DNA of 64,000 nt from Azolla caroliniana (lineage: Eukaryota; Plantae; Polypodiophyta). Below are positions 39,712 through 50,207 of this stretch, piece after piece (the first letter of the stretch is position 1; each line of letters starts with the position of its first letter). The stretch spans positions 21,328,001-21,392,000 of the forward strand of contig JBHGNT010000008.1 in NCBI GenBank assembly GCA_043228905.1. Reading direction: 5' to 3'. The position numbers and the translations under genes are program-made. The notes below the pieces were generated by a model, which was given only the letters and a program-made list of their open reading frames with translations, had not been told where the DNA came from and searched no databases.

Positions 39712-40278
39712 TGTCATGAAGATTTTCGTCCATAGGCGGAAACCGAGGTGGAAAGGGCAAGTCGGTGGTGTGCAACATGTGCACACGTATACTAGGAGAT
39801 GGTGTATAGAAATAAGAGGGGAAATTTTATCCCACATTGTAAGGTCCCTCCCTCCTTGGGCTATAAAAGGAAGGGAGGGGTCACTTGTGAGAGGGTTGCC
39901 TATTTTGCGTATGAAAGCTATACCACTTAGTCTAGAGTTCTTACCATTTTAGGGTTAGGGTTTCGTTTAGGGTTTCCTTATTCATCCTCGGTTAGGGTTT
40001 TCTCATAGTCGTTTGGTGCGACCCATGCGGCCACCATGGTTGTAATCATTTGTTTGTTTTAATATAACTTGTTGAGCATCTTGCCTTGGCCGATCTCTCC
40101 TTCTATGTCATGATCTTATTCTTTCTTCTTCTCCTCTTGAGCTAAGCTTCCAAAACATATCTTATTCTTTCTCCTCTACTCCCTAGTCCGAGACCCCCGT
40201 GGTCCCACCCCTTCTACACGCACGCACGTAACAACGCGACATCTTTGGTGAACCCGACGTGAACGGCGGCAAGGGAGC

Positions 40279-41904
40279 ATGGAGATGGAAGAAGACTTCG
40301 ACTTCAAGGAGATGATGGCAAAGATCGTGATGGAAGCTGGACGTAAGATGGCGAAGCGAGATGCGGCTCAACAAGCCGTCGAAAGGGTGGTCGATTGAGT
40401 CAGCCGATTCAATGGGAATGAGGTCCTAAAATTTTTGGGAGCCTACAAGGCCGAGATGGCGAAAGGGGGCGTGAACGAGGCGATGCGGCTAGAGTATTTT
40501 CCTCAAGTGGCGGCCGTATCGTTGCACAAGGAGGTCAAGGAGCTACGAGAAGCTCATGAGTCGTGGGTGGCCTTTGAGGGAGCCCTGTTGGAAGTGTATG
40601 GGTATGTGAAACCGGACGGGCGAGGTCAGCATGAATTGGACCAATGAGTGGTGTCGATGGAGCGCCATCGAAGTGCAATGGATGCATTCCGAGAGTTCAA
40701 GCGCCGTTTCTCTCAACTCTCGGAGCGAGATCGGAGATCGGTGGGGGCGGACAAAGTCCTCCTATTTTTGAAGACGATCCATCAAGAGGAGAGGATGGAC
40801 ATCTTATTCGAGCTTCAAGATGATTATGGAGCACATGGTCTCACCGAGGAGTGGTCCGAGGTGGAATGGGTGTGCCGGCAACATGATGCGAGGCGGTCGG
40901 CCACAACACGGCCCGCAAGCGGCGGAGAAGAGGGAGCGGCGAGTGACTACACACTACCACCGGAAAAGAGCTCAACGCAAAACGGTTCGGAGGAGCTCGA
41001 CCTAGAAGCGCTAATACGGGAGGCATGCGAGCTTGTGAAGGGGAAAATCGAAGCCGAAGAAGGGCTTATTATGGAGTCAGGCTGGAGGCAATTAGAGGAT
41101 GCGGAGGAAGAAGCCTCCCTAAGCATAGAAGACGGGGCCTATACGGAGGCCGGAAGAGCGTACAACGGTGACATGGGAGAGGGTGCAAAGCAAGCGACCC
41201 TCTTGCCTTGCAGTGAAGGGACAGCCATGGAGGCCGGTAACTACGGATTTGAGACATGGCAGCCCGAAACATCGAGTGGGGAGGAGACAAGCGGCGGTGC
41301 TGCGACCTTACACACACCGGTCCTAGAGGCTCCGGCGGTCGGCCCGAGTGCCGGCGTGAGACCTAGAGCGACGGGCGGTGGCGGCAACAAGGCGGGCAAC
41401 CAAGACGACGACATGGAAGAGACGGCGGCAAGCGTAATCGAGGCTTGCGCGATCGGAGGCGGGGTAGCGGCGGACAACGACGTCCGGACGGAGGCGGCTA
41501 TGGACACAACGAGCGGTGGTGCCGGGTTCTTACCCACACCGGTCCTAGAGGCTTCGGCGGTTGGCCCGAGTGCCGGCGTGAGTCCTAGAGCGACGGGCGG
41601 TGGTGACGGCAAGGCGGGCAACCGAGACGAGGACAAGGACGAGGAGGTAGCAAGAATAACCGAGGCTTGCGTAACCGGGGACGAGATAGCCATGGACCAC
41701 GGCATCCGAATGAAGGTGGCTACAAACATGACATCGGCGAGTGATGGTACCGAGACTTTTCCCACACCTATTCTAGAGACTTCAGCGGTCGGCCTCGAGA
41801 GCCCACGTGAGACCGGAGAGAGGAAGGTGGCGGCGGCAAAGCGGACGATCGAAACGACGATGAGGAAGTTCATGGCAGACGGAGGAGAGACCCCTCGACA
41901 CTGA
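40279..41904 (+). pseudogene. gag-like ORF of B with acidic/Gly-Ala repeat tail (two in-frame stops)
   Basis: SRFNGNEV..FL, FSQLSERD..VGADKVLLFL, GLTEEWSEV, homologous to the gag of A and D. Confidence 0.8.
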
Positions 41905-42469
41905 GACCGGAGACTACGGCGGTTGCGCCCGACTGCGGACATAAGACCGGAGAGATGGGCGGTGGCGGTGAGAAGGCGTGGCCCGGAGCGGGCACATACG
42001 AAGAGGATGCAAGGCCCAGAACGGGCATACCAAAAGGTACCGAAGGAGAGGCCGGGAGCGGCAACAAGGAGAGAGTCGGGAACCGACTCGAGCGGAAGAC
42101 GAACCGGTCAGTAATCAGACACAACCGGAAGACGACGCTGAAGAAGATTGGAGCAAGGGCCAGTCAACCGGGCCCGAATGGAAGAAGAGTCTGCAAGGCC
42201 GGAATTGTTTTGCCGAACCCTTACCGGCCGGTTACGATCACGGAAGGGAGCCGACCGAACTGGAACATGATCAATCGGGATCAAACCGGGCAAGGACCAA
42301 ACCGGCATGATTGGAGATCGGGGAAGACGAGTCGCAACACATGGTGGGAGCCGGTGAGCGCGAGAAGGAGGCCAAGCGGGCATGATGACTACGATTCCGT
42401 GGAAGACCAGAAACAAGCGGGACCCTCCCCACCTATTCTAGAGACTTTGGCGGTTGTAGATCAACATAG

Positions 42470-45400
42470 TGTTGGGATTTCGGTCCCTCCGGATGGGATG
42501 TCCGGAGATGAATGACGGCAAGCCCGGTTGCGGTTACGGAGCCGGATGATGAAGACCCCGGTTACGGAGCCGGATGATGAAGACCCCGGCTACGGAGCCG
42601 GATGATGAAGACCCCGGTTACGGAGCCGGATGACGAATGTACCCAGAGAGAGATCCGGATGCGGAGACATATTTGTGAATATGTTTGCCAAGAGCCCTTG
42701 AGGCTATATTTGTAAATAGCCCGAAAGTCATATGTGTATAAATATGACTTAGGGCAAACAGTTAAGTCTGTTGTTGCTCATTTTCTGTTTTCCACTAAGA
42801 GGGAGCGAAGTGAGAGCAGCCGAGAGAGAGTGAGAGAGAAGGAGGAAGGAAGAGGTCGACGCCTCTGTGTAATACCGCCGCCTGTGGCGAGGACAGCGAG
42901 CTCAAGGTCGTCGCCTTGCAGCTTGCCATTGTACATTCCCGCGTATAGTGATAGTTGGAGTCTTGCACTCCCGTGGTTTTTCCCATTTAGGGTTTTCCAC
43001 GTAAAACATCTAGTGTGCCCTTCTCTCTATTGTTTTTCGTGCATTGTTGTATTTCCCGTTTTCTGTGAATCGATCCTGTTCCTCGGTTGTGGCCGAACAC
43101 GGAAGTCCGACAAAGTGGTATCAGAGCGAGGTTAACACAGAAAATGGAAGGCGGCAGCAGCGGGCAGTCGGGGTTGATGGTGCTAAATGCGCAGAACTAC
43201 GCCGACTGGAAGATAAAGATGGAGGATCTGCTCATTGTTCGGGACCTGTATGAACCGATCGACAGGTCGGAAATACCCAAGGGGGTACTTGAGACGGAGT
43301 GGAGGCTTCTGAACCGGAAAGCCGTTGCAACCATTCGGCAATACGTCGACGTGAGCGTTCTACAACACGTGGCGAACGACACCAACGCATATGAGATGTG
43401 GCGGAAGCTGTCGGGCCTCTACGAGAGGAAGAATGCGTTGAACCGGACCTCCCTAATGAGAAAGATAGTGAACCTCAAGTACCGGGACGGCGAGAGTATG
43501 GTGGAACACGTAAGCACGTTCATGGGATTCGTGAACCAGCTTGCGGCGATCAAGTTCCCGTTGGAGGATGCAATGCAAGCCATCATCCTGATGTGTACAT
43601 TGCCGGACAGCTGGGAGAACTTGGTGGTGACTCTCAGCACCTCCTGCACCGAAGATAACTTGTCCCTACAAATGGTAAAGACAAGTATTTTGAACGAAGA
43701 AGCGCGTCGGAGAGATAAAGAACCGGTTTCTGATCAGAAGATGCTGCTTACCGAATCGGATCGGGGAAGACAATGGAACCGGAGTCCGCAAAGACGGGAG
43801 AAGTCGGGGACCCGGTCGCAGTCAAGAGGAAGGCCAACATGCTTCCACTGTGGGAAGCCGGGGCACTTCCGGAAGAATTGTCGGCATTACCGAAAGGACA
43901 ACGGAGCCGACGACACCGATTCGAAGAAGTCACCGGAGAGAAACGGTGCATACCGGGGAGCCACGGACCGGAGAGGTCCGGATCGGCGAGGGCAGGACCG
44001 GAAAGGAACGACGGCACTCGCGGCAAGTGAAGAAGAGATAATGCTTATTACCGAAGAGAGGGAGCTGAACCTTGCCGGTGTAGAGATGACCTGGGTGGTC
44101 GATTCCGGAGCGTCGTTCCACCTGACCCCGGAGAAGAAATACTTCTCATCCTACACAGCCGGTGAGCACGGCTGTGTCCGGATGGGAAATGAAGGCACAT
44201 GCCGGATTGCCGGCATAGGAGACGTGTGGCTGTTGACATCAACCGGATGCAAGATGCTGTTGAAGGATGTGCGACACGTTCCGGAGGTCCGATTGAACCT
44301 GATCTCGGCCGGGAGGCTAGATGATGAAGGCTACACGGGTAGCATCCGGAACGGTGTCATGAAGTTCAGCAAGGGGAGCCTGATAGTGGCTCGGGCCCGG
44401 AAGGTCAACACCCTGTACCTGATGAATTCCCGGCTATGTCCGGAGGAGCTGAACGTGGCAGCCGACACTGCCGGTGAGCTGTGGCACAAGAGACTGTGCC
44501 ACATGAGCGAGAAGGGGATGAAGAGGCTTGCAGAAGACAACCTCATTCCAGTGAAGCATGTGCATCTGGAGAAGTGCACCGATTGCCTGGCCGGTAAGCA
44601 GAACCGAACCTCCTTCCACTCAAGGCCACCGACGAGACGTAGCGCACCATTGGAGTTGGTGCACACTGATGTGTGTCAGGTAGAAACGAAGTCACATGGC
44701 GGAGCCCAGTACTTCGTGACTTTCATTGATGATCACAGCCGGAAGCTGTGGACGGCGCCGTTGAAGACAAAGGACCAAGTGTTGTCCGTCTTCAAAGAAC
44801 TCCACGCGAGAGTGGAAAGGGAATCCGGCAAGAAGCTGAAAGCGATACGAGCGGATAACGGAGGGGAATACCGGGGGCAGTTCCAGGAGTACTGTCGCTC
44901 GAAGGGAATCAGGCTCGAGTTTACTGTGCCGAAGACGCCGGAACTGAACGGGCTGGCCGAGAGGATGAACCGGACCATAATGGAGAGGGTCCGGAGTATG
45001 CTAGCGCATGCGAAATTACCCAAGGGGTTTTGGGCTGAGGCGATGTCGACGGCGACATACGTGATAAATAGATCACCCTCAGTACCTCTGGACGGAGACA
45101 CGCCGCAGAAAGTGTGGACCGGTAAGGAAGTGTCCTACCGGCATCTGAAGGTGTTCGGGTGTCTCGCATACGTGCATGTGGCAAAGGACCGGAGAGGAAA
45201 GCTAGATCCAAAGACCCGGCCATGCATATTCCTCGGTTACGGCGACGACGAGTTCGGCTACCGAGTATGGGACCCGGTCGACAAGAAGATATTCAGGAGT
45301 CGAGACATCATCTTCATGGAGGACAAGACACTCGCCGACTGGGAGTCGGAGAAGAAGATGAAGAGCTCCAAGTCGACCGGTGAGGATCAACTCTACGAGG

Positions 45401-47814
45401 AGCAGTCCCGACAGGCAAGGGACCGGTTAACACTCGAGGATCCGGCCGAAGACTATGAAGAAACAGAACCGGCCGAAGAAGATGAAAATGATACCGGAAC
45501 CGGCCCCGATCCCGAAATGGATTCGGATGAAGAAGAATCGGAAGAACCGGTTACCGAAGCTCCGGAACGGAGATATCCTCTAAGAGAGAGAAGGGCCCCC
45601 CGGAGATTTCCGGAACCAGAGCACGTGCTGCTAACCGACGAAGGGGAGCCGGAGAGCTTTGAAGAAGCAAAGCATGACACCCAGAGCCGCAGGTGGTTGA
45701 GTGCCATGCAGGACGAGATGGATTCCCTGCATGAGAACCACACATATGAACTTGTGGAGTTGCCGAAAGGAAAGCGGGCACTTCGAAACAAGTGGGTGTT
45801 CAAGCTGAAACCGGGAGATGCCGGAAACCCCCCGAGATACAAAGCCAGGATCGTGGTGAAGGGGTTTCAGCAGAAGAAGGGCGTTGACTTCGACGAGATA
45901 TTCGCCCCGGTAGTGAAGATGACCTCCATCCGGACGGTGCTGAGCATAGCGGCAAGCATGGACCTCGAGGTAGAACAGATGGACGTGAAGACGGCATTCC
46001 TTCACGGTGACCTCGAAGAAGAGATCTACATGCAGCAACCGGAAGGATTCGAGAAGAAAGGGAAGGAGCACCTGGTATGCCGGTTGAAGAAGAGCCTTTA
46101 CGGACTGAAGCAGGCTCCCCGGCAATGGTACCGGAAGTTCGACTCCTTCATGACCGACGAAGGGTACCACAAAACGCAGTCTGATCACTGCGTGTTTGTG
46201 AAGAAGTTCGAAGGAGGAGACTCTCTAATACTCCTCCTGTACGTGGACGACATGTTGATCGTCGGACGGGACCAGGTCAAGATACGGACGCTGAAGAAAG
46301 CGCTTCACCGAACCTTCTCAATGAAGGACCTGGGTCCGGCGAGGCAAATACTAGGGATGCACATCATCCGGGACCGGAAGAAGAAGCAGTTGTGGCTGTC
46401 ACAGGAGAAGTACGTGACAAAGGTGCTTCACCGGTTCAACATGTCGGAAGCAAGACCGGTCGGGTCAACCCTCCCGGGAAACTGCAAGTTGTCCAGCAAG
46501 CAAAGCCCCAAGACAAAGGCTGAGAAGGAGGACATGATGAAAGTACCATATGCCTTTGCCGTCGGAAGCTTAATGTACGCAATGGTGTGTACAAGACCGG
46601 ACATAGGATATGCAGTTGGAGTGGTGAGCCGGTACATGAGCAATCCCGGCAAAGAGCACTGGAACGCGGTCAAGTGGATACTCCGATACCTGAAGGGCAC
46701 GGCAAACGTGTGCCTCCGATTCGGCTCCGGTAAGCCCGAATTCGACGGCTTTACCGATTCGGATATGTCGGCTGATGCAGATACCAACCGGTCCACATCA
46801 GGGTATGTGATGACGTATGCAGGTGGAGCTGTTTCGTGGCAGTCGAGGCTGCAGAAGACGGTTGCGTTGTCAACCACGGAGGCGGAGTACATGGCGGCTG
46901 TTGAAGCCGGCAAGGAAATAATATGGATGAAGGACTTCATTAGAGAGCTCGGTATCCAGCAGGAGGAGTACCGACTCTACTGCGACAGTCAGAGTGCCAT
47001 CCACCTTGCGAAGAACGCGGCTTATCACTCCCGGACGAAGCACATCCAACGAAGATATCACTGGATCCGGGAAAGGATAGAAGACAAGGAGTTCGTGCTG
47101 ATGAAGGTCCACACGGACGAGAACGGGTCGGATATGCTGACCAAGGTGCTCACACCCGACAAGCTGGAAGCATGCCGGAAGAGGATCGGACTGGAGAGAC
47201 ATCCCATGCCGAAGTGAAGGGGGAGTTTGTTGGGATTTCGGTCCCTCCGGATGGGATGTCCGGAGATGAATGACGGCAAGCCCGGTTGCGGTTACGGAGC
47301 CGGATGATGAAGACCCCGGTTACGGAGCCGGATGACGAATGTACCCGGAGAGAGATCCGGATGCGGAGACATATTTGTGAATATGTTTGCCAAGAGCCCT
47401 TGAGGCTATATTTGTAAATAGCCCGAAAGTCATATGTGTATAAATATGACTTAGGGCAAACAGTTAAGTCTGTTGTTGCTCATTTTCTGTTTTCCACTAA
47501 GAGGGAGCGAAGTGAGAGCAGCCGAGAGAGAGTGAGAGAGAAGGAGGAAGGAAGAGGTCGACGCCTCTGTGTAATACCGCCGCCTGTGGCGAGGACAGCG
47601 AGCTCAAGGTCGTCGCCTTGCAGCTCGCCATTGTACATTCCCGCGTATAGTGATAGTTGGAGTCTTGCACTCCCGTGGTTTTTCCCATTTAGGGTTTTCC
47701 ACGTAAAACATCCAGTGTGCCCTTCTCTCTATTGTTTTTCGTGCATTGTTGTATTTCCCGTTTTCTGTGAATCGATCCTGTTCCTCGGTTGTGGCCGAAC
47801 ACGGAAGTCCGACA
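42470..47814 (+). mobile_element. Full-length young Ty1/copia element #2 (same family as #1)
   Basis: LTRs 42470-43112 and 47228-47814. TSD catag. iMet PBS at 43116. PPT gaagggggag. Confidence 0.98.
43144..47217 (+). CDS. Intact copia Gag-Pol polyprotein
   Basis: Uninterrupted ORF nearly identical to 11850-15926, with all catalytic motifs present. Confidence 0.97.
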   Translation: MEGGSSGQSGLMVLNAQNYADWKIKMEDLLIVRDLYEPIDRSEIPKGVLETEWRLLNRKAVATIRQYVDVSVLQHVANDTNAYEMWRKLSGLYERKNALNRTSLMRKIVNLKYRDGESMVEHVSTFMGFVNQLAAIKFPLEDAMQAIILMCTLPDSWENLVVTLSTSCTEDNLSLQMVKTSILNEEARRRDKEPVSDQKMLLTESDRGRQWNRSPQRREKSGTRSQSRGRPTCFHCGKPGHFRKNCRHYRKDNGADDTDSKKSPERNGAYRGATDRRGPDRRGQDRKGTTALAASEEEIMLITEERELNLAGVEMTWVVDSGASFHLTPEKKYFSSYTAGEHGCVRMGNEGTCRIAGIGDVWLLTSTGCKMLLKDVRHVPEVRLNLISAGRLDDEGYTGSIRNGVMKFSKGSLIVARARKVNTLYLMNSRLCPEELNVAADTAGELWHKRLCHMSEKGMKRLAEDNLIPVKHVHLEKCTDCLAGKQNRTSFHSRPPTRRSAPLELVHTDVCQVETKSHGGAQYFVTFIDDHSRKLWTAPLKTKDQVLSVFKELHARVERESGKKLKAIRADNGGEYRGQFQEYCRSKGIRLEFTVPKTPELNGLAERMNRTIMERVRSMLAHAKLPKGFWAEAMSTATYVINRSPSVPLDGDTPQKVWTGKEVSYRHLKVFGCLAYVHVAKDRRGKLDPKTRPCIFLGYGDDEFGYRVWDPVDKKIFRSRDIIFMEDKTLADWESEKKMKSSKSTGEDQLYEEQSRQARDRLTLEDPAEDYEETEPAEEDENDTGTGPDPEMDSDEEESEEPVTEAPERRYPLRERRAPRRFPEPEHVLLTDEGEPESFEEAKHDTQSRRWLSAMQDEMDSLHENHTYELVELPKGKRALRNKWVFKLKPGDAGNPPRYKARIVVKGFQQKKGVDFDEIFAPVVKMTSIRTVLSIAASMDLEVEQMDVKTAFLHGDLEEEIYMQQPEGFEKKGKEHLVCRLKKSLYGLKQAPRQWYRKFDSFMTDEGYHKTQSDHCVFVKKFEGGDSLILLLYVDDMLIVGRDQVKIRTLKKALHRTFSMKDLGPARQILGMHIIRDRKKKQLWLSQEKYVTKVLHRFNMSEARPVGSTLPGNCKLSSKQSPKTKAEKEDMMKVPYAFAVGSLMYAMVCTRPDIGYAVGVVSRYMSNPGKEHWNAVKWILRYLKGTANVCLRFGSGKPEFDGFTDSDMSADADTNRSTSGYVMTYAGGAVSWQSRLQKTVALSTTEAEYMAAVEAGKEIIWMKDFIRELGIQQEEYRLYCDSQSAIHLAKNAAYHSRTKHIQRRYHWIRERIEDKEFVLMKVHTDENGSDMLTKVLTPDKLEACRKRIGLERHPMPK

Positions 47815-50207
47815 CATAGGACCGGAGAGACGGCGGGTGGCGGCGAGGAGTCGGAAACCGGAACGGACGAGGCTACCGGAACGGGTACCCGGTGTGTGAA
47901 GACAGACAAGCACGGCCAAGAGGGCCAAACGGAGACGGAAGAGTGTATGGCAACGAAGGACGAAGAGACCGACGCGGAGGTCGGGTCTACGGTGGATGAG
48001 AGGCGTAAAACGGAGCATGCACTACGGCCGGCGAAGGGCCCAGAAGCAAGCATGTAGCCGGAAGAGCGGCAACGAGTGACCGGCAACGGCGGACCGGTCG
48101 AGCCTTTTAGAGGCAAGCACGCTACAAGAGACGGAGCGGTGAGTTGCCGGGATCAGTGGATGAACGACGAGAGCGGAGGATGGTGCGTGGAGAGCAAAGA
48201 GTTATGCACCGGGGAGAGAAAAAGCGGCGTCCCGGAGGACATGTGGGGCCAAGCGGGCCAAGAGGATGTGAGTCGGGATGAAGCAGTAACAAGAGCCGCG
48301 AAGAACCCCGACACGAAGGTCGAGATGACGATACGCTCTACTACGAGAGAGCACGGAGAACAAGGGAGAATCGAGGTGTGCGTAATGGGATCACCTAAGG
48401 ACCAAAGAATGAGCGTGCATTCGGAGGAGCCGCAACGAGTGACCGACGATGACGGTCGGAGGAAGCCTTCGAGAGGCAAGCGCGGGACGACAGATGGTGC
48501 GATGAGACGCCAAGATCGAAGGAATGAAACGAGCGTAATCGGCATGAACGAAGGATTGTGTCTGGAAAAACGGAGGGGATGCGTGGAGAATGGAGGGTCA
48601 TGTGCCGTTAAGAGAAAACGGGGCATCCCAAAGGATGTGTGCGGCCGAGCGGGCCAGGCGGACCAAGAGGGTGTACCTTGGGGCGAAGCGGCAACTTCGG
48701 AGGTTGTGGGGGACACCGAAGATGAGAGTACCGACACGGATGTCGGGGAAGCAATGTACCTTTTCGAAAGGGTACGCGGAGCGAAGCGGAGTGCGAGACA
48801 TGCGATGTGGCCGCGTAAGGGCCGAGCGACGAGCACGAAGTTCGGCGCACGACAGTGCCGAGTCGAGGAAGCGGCCGAGGTAAGACAAGCGTGGACGAAG
48901 AGCACATGGTGCAATATTCGGCAAATAGTCAGGAAGAACAAGGATTCGGTCCAAGGTAGCGCACGGAAAACGAAGGAAGACAAAGAGAGGTTTGCGAAAG
49001 CTGGGTCTGGCGGACCGGGCGGAGACAGTGGTTCGGCAAACTCCGTCGAGTATGGTGGATCGGATGGAACCGACGGTTCAAGAGAAAATGACGGATATGG
49101 CGGACCGGGAGGCTACAGTGGTCCATGTGGGACAGATGGGCTTGCTCGAAGTGGAAGACGAAGTCGGGCAAATCTGACAAAGACGCTAAGGACTCGGTTG
49201 ACCGCCATGGCCGAAAATCTCACCTATTTCCCCTTCTTGGCACATACCGGTGGATGTGCGGTTTGGTGGGGGCGGATGTCATGAAGATTTTCGTCCATAG
49301 GCGGAAACCAAGGTGGAAAGGGCAAGTCGGTGGTGTGCAACATGTGCACACGTATACTAGGAAATGGTGTATAGAAATAAGAGGGGAAATTTTATCCCAC
49401 ATTGTAAGGTCCCTCCCTCCTTGGGCTATAAAAGGAAGGGAGGGGTCACTTATGAGAGGGTTGCCTATTTTGCGTATGAAAGCTATACCACATAGTCTAG
49501 AGTTCTTACCGTTTTAGGGTTAGGGTTTCGTTTAGGGTTTCCTTATTCATCCTCGGTTAGAGTTTTCTCATAGTCGTATGGTGCGGCCCATGCGGCCACC
49601 ATGGTTGTAATCATTCGTTTGTTTTAATATAACTTGTTGAGCATCTTGCCTTGGCCGATCTCTCCTTCTATGTCATGATCTTATTCTTTCTTCTTCTCCT
49701 CTTGAGCTAAGCTTCCAAAACATATCTTATTCTTTCTCCTCTAAACCCTAGTTCGAGATCCCCGTGGTCCCGCCCCTTCTACACGCACACGCGTAACAAC
49801 GCGACACCGTTTTCTATCCTTACATGGTGTCTTCACTTTTTCTTTGACAAGTGTCTTCTTCGTGGGTGTCTTCTTTGTCATTTTTCTCTCGTTGCTCTTC
49901 TTGAGCTAAGACTTCCACAAAATGACCAAAGATAATAATACCACAACATATAATATTAACTCCCAATACACAGCATATACATGTCATCATAATAGTACTA
50001 AATCAGGCACAATAGCACTACAACAACAACGACAAGAAGTTGACTCTCAAATGAACAGTAAAGAAAAACAGGAACAACAAGCAGATAGAACAACAACAAA
50101 ATAGATGGAACAAGAACATGTTGTGAATAGATAGAACAACAAACATGCTCAAATAGAGCAACAACAAGAGCATCATATCATCATAGGACCACCTTTCTAT
50201 TACCCGT

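Larger units (their letters stand above)
39712..49806 (+). mobile_element. Non-autonomous gag-only LTR element B (Trp PBS), interrupted by Copia #2
   Basis: 530-bp LTRs (39712-40241, 49277-49806). PBS tggtgaacccgacgtga at 40246. Pre-LTR motif ttggcacataccggtggatgtgcg..gggggcgga. No PR, RT or INT motifs. Flanks caga/ccgt do not match. Confidence 0.93.

Noticed and set aside
48076-49284. 402-aa ORF as an env-like or extra gene of B
   Set aside because: Non-ATG start, GC/purine-rich low complexity, no TM segment or recognisable motif, and no counterpart in D; not excluded but unsupported.
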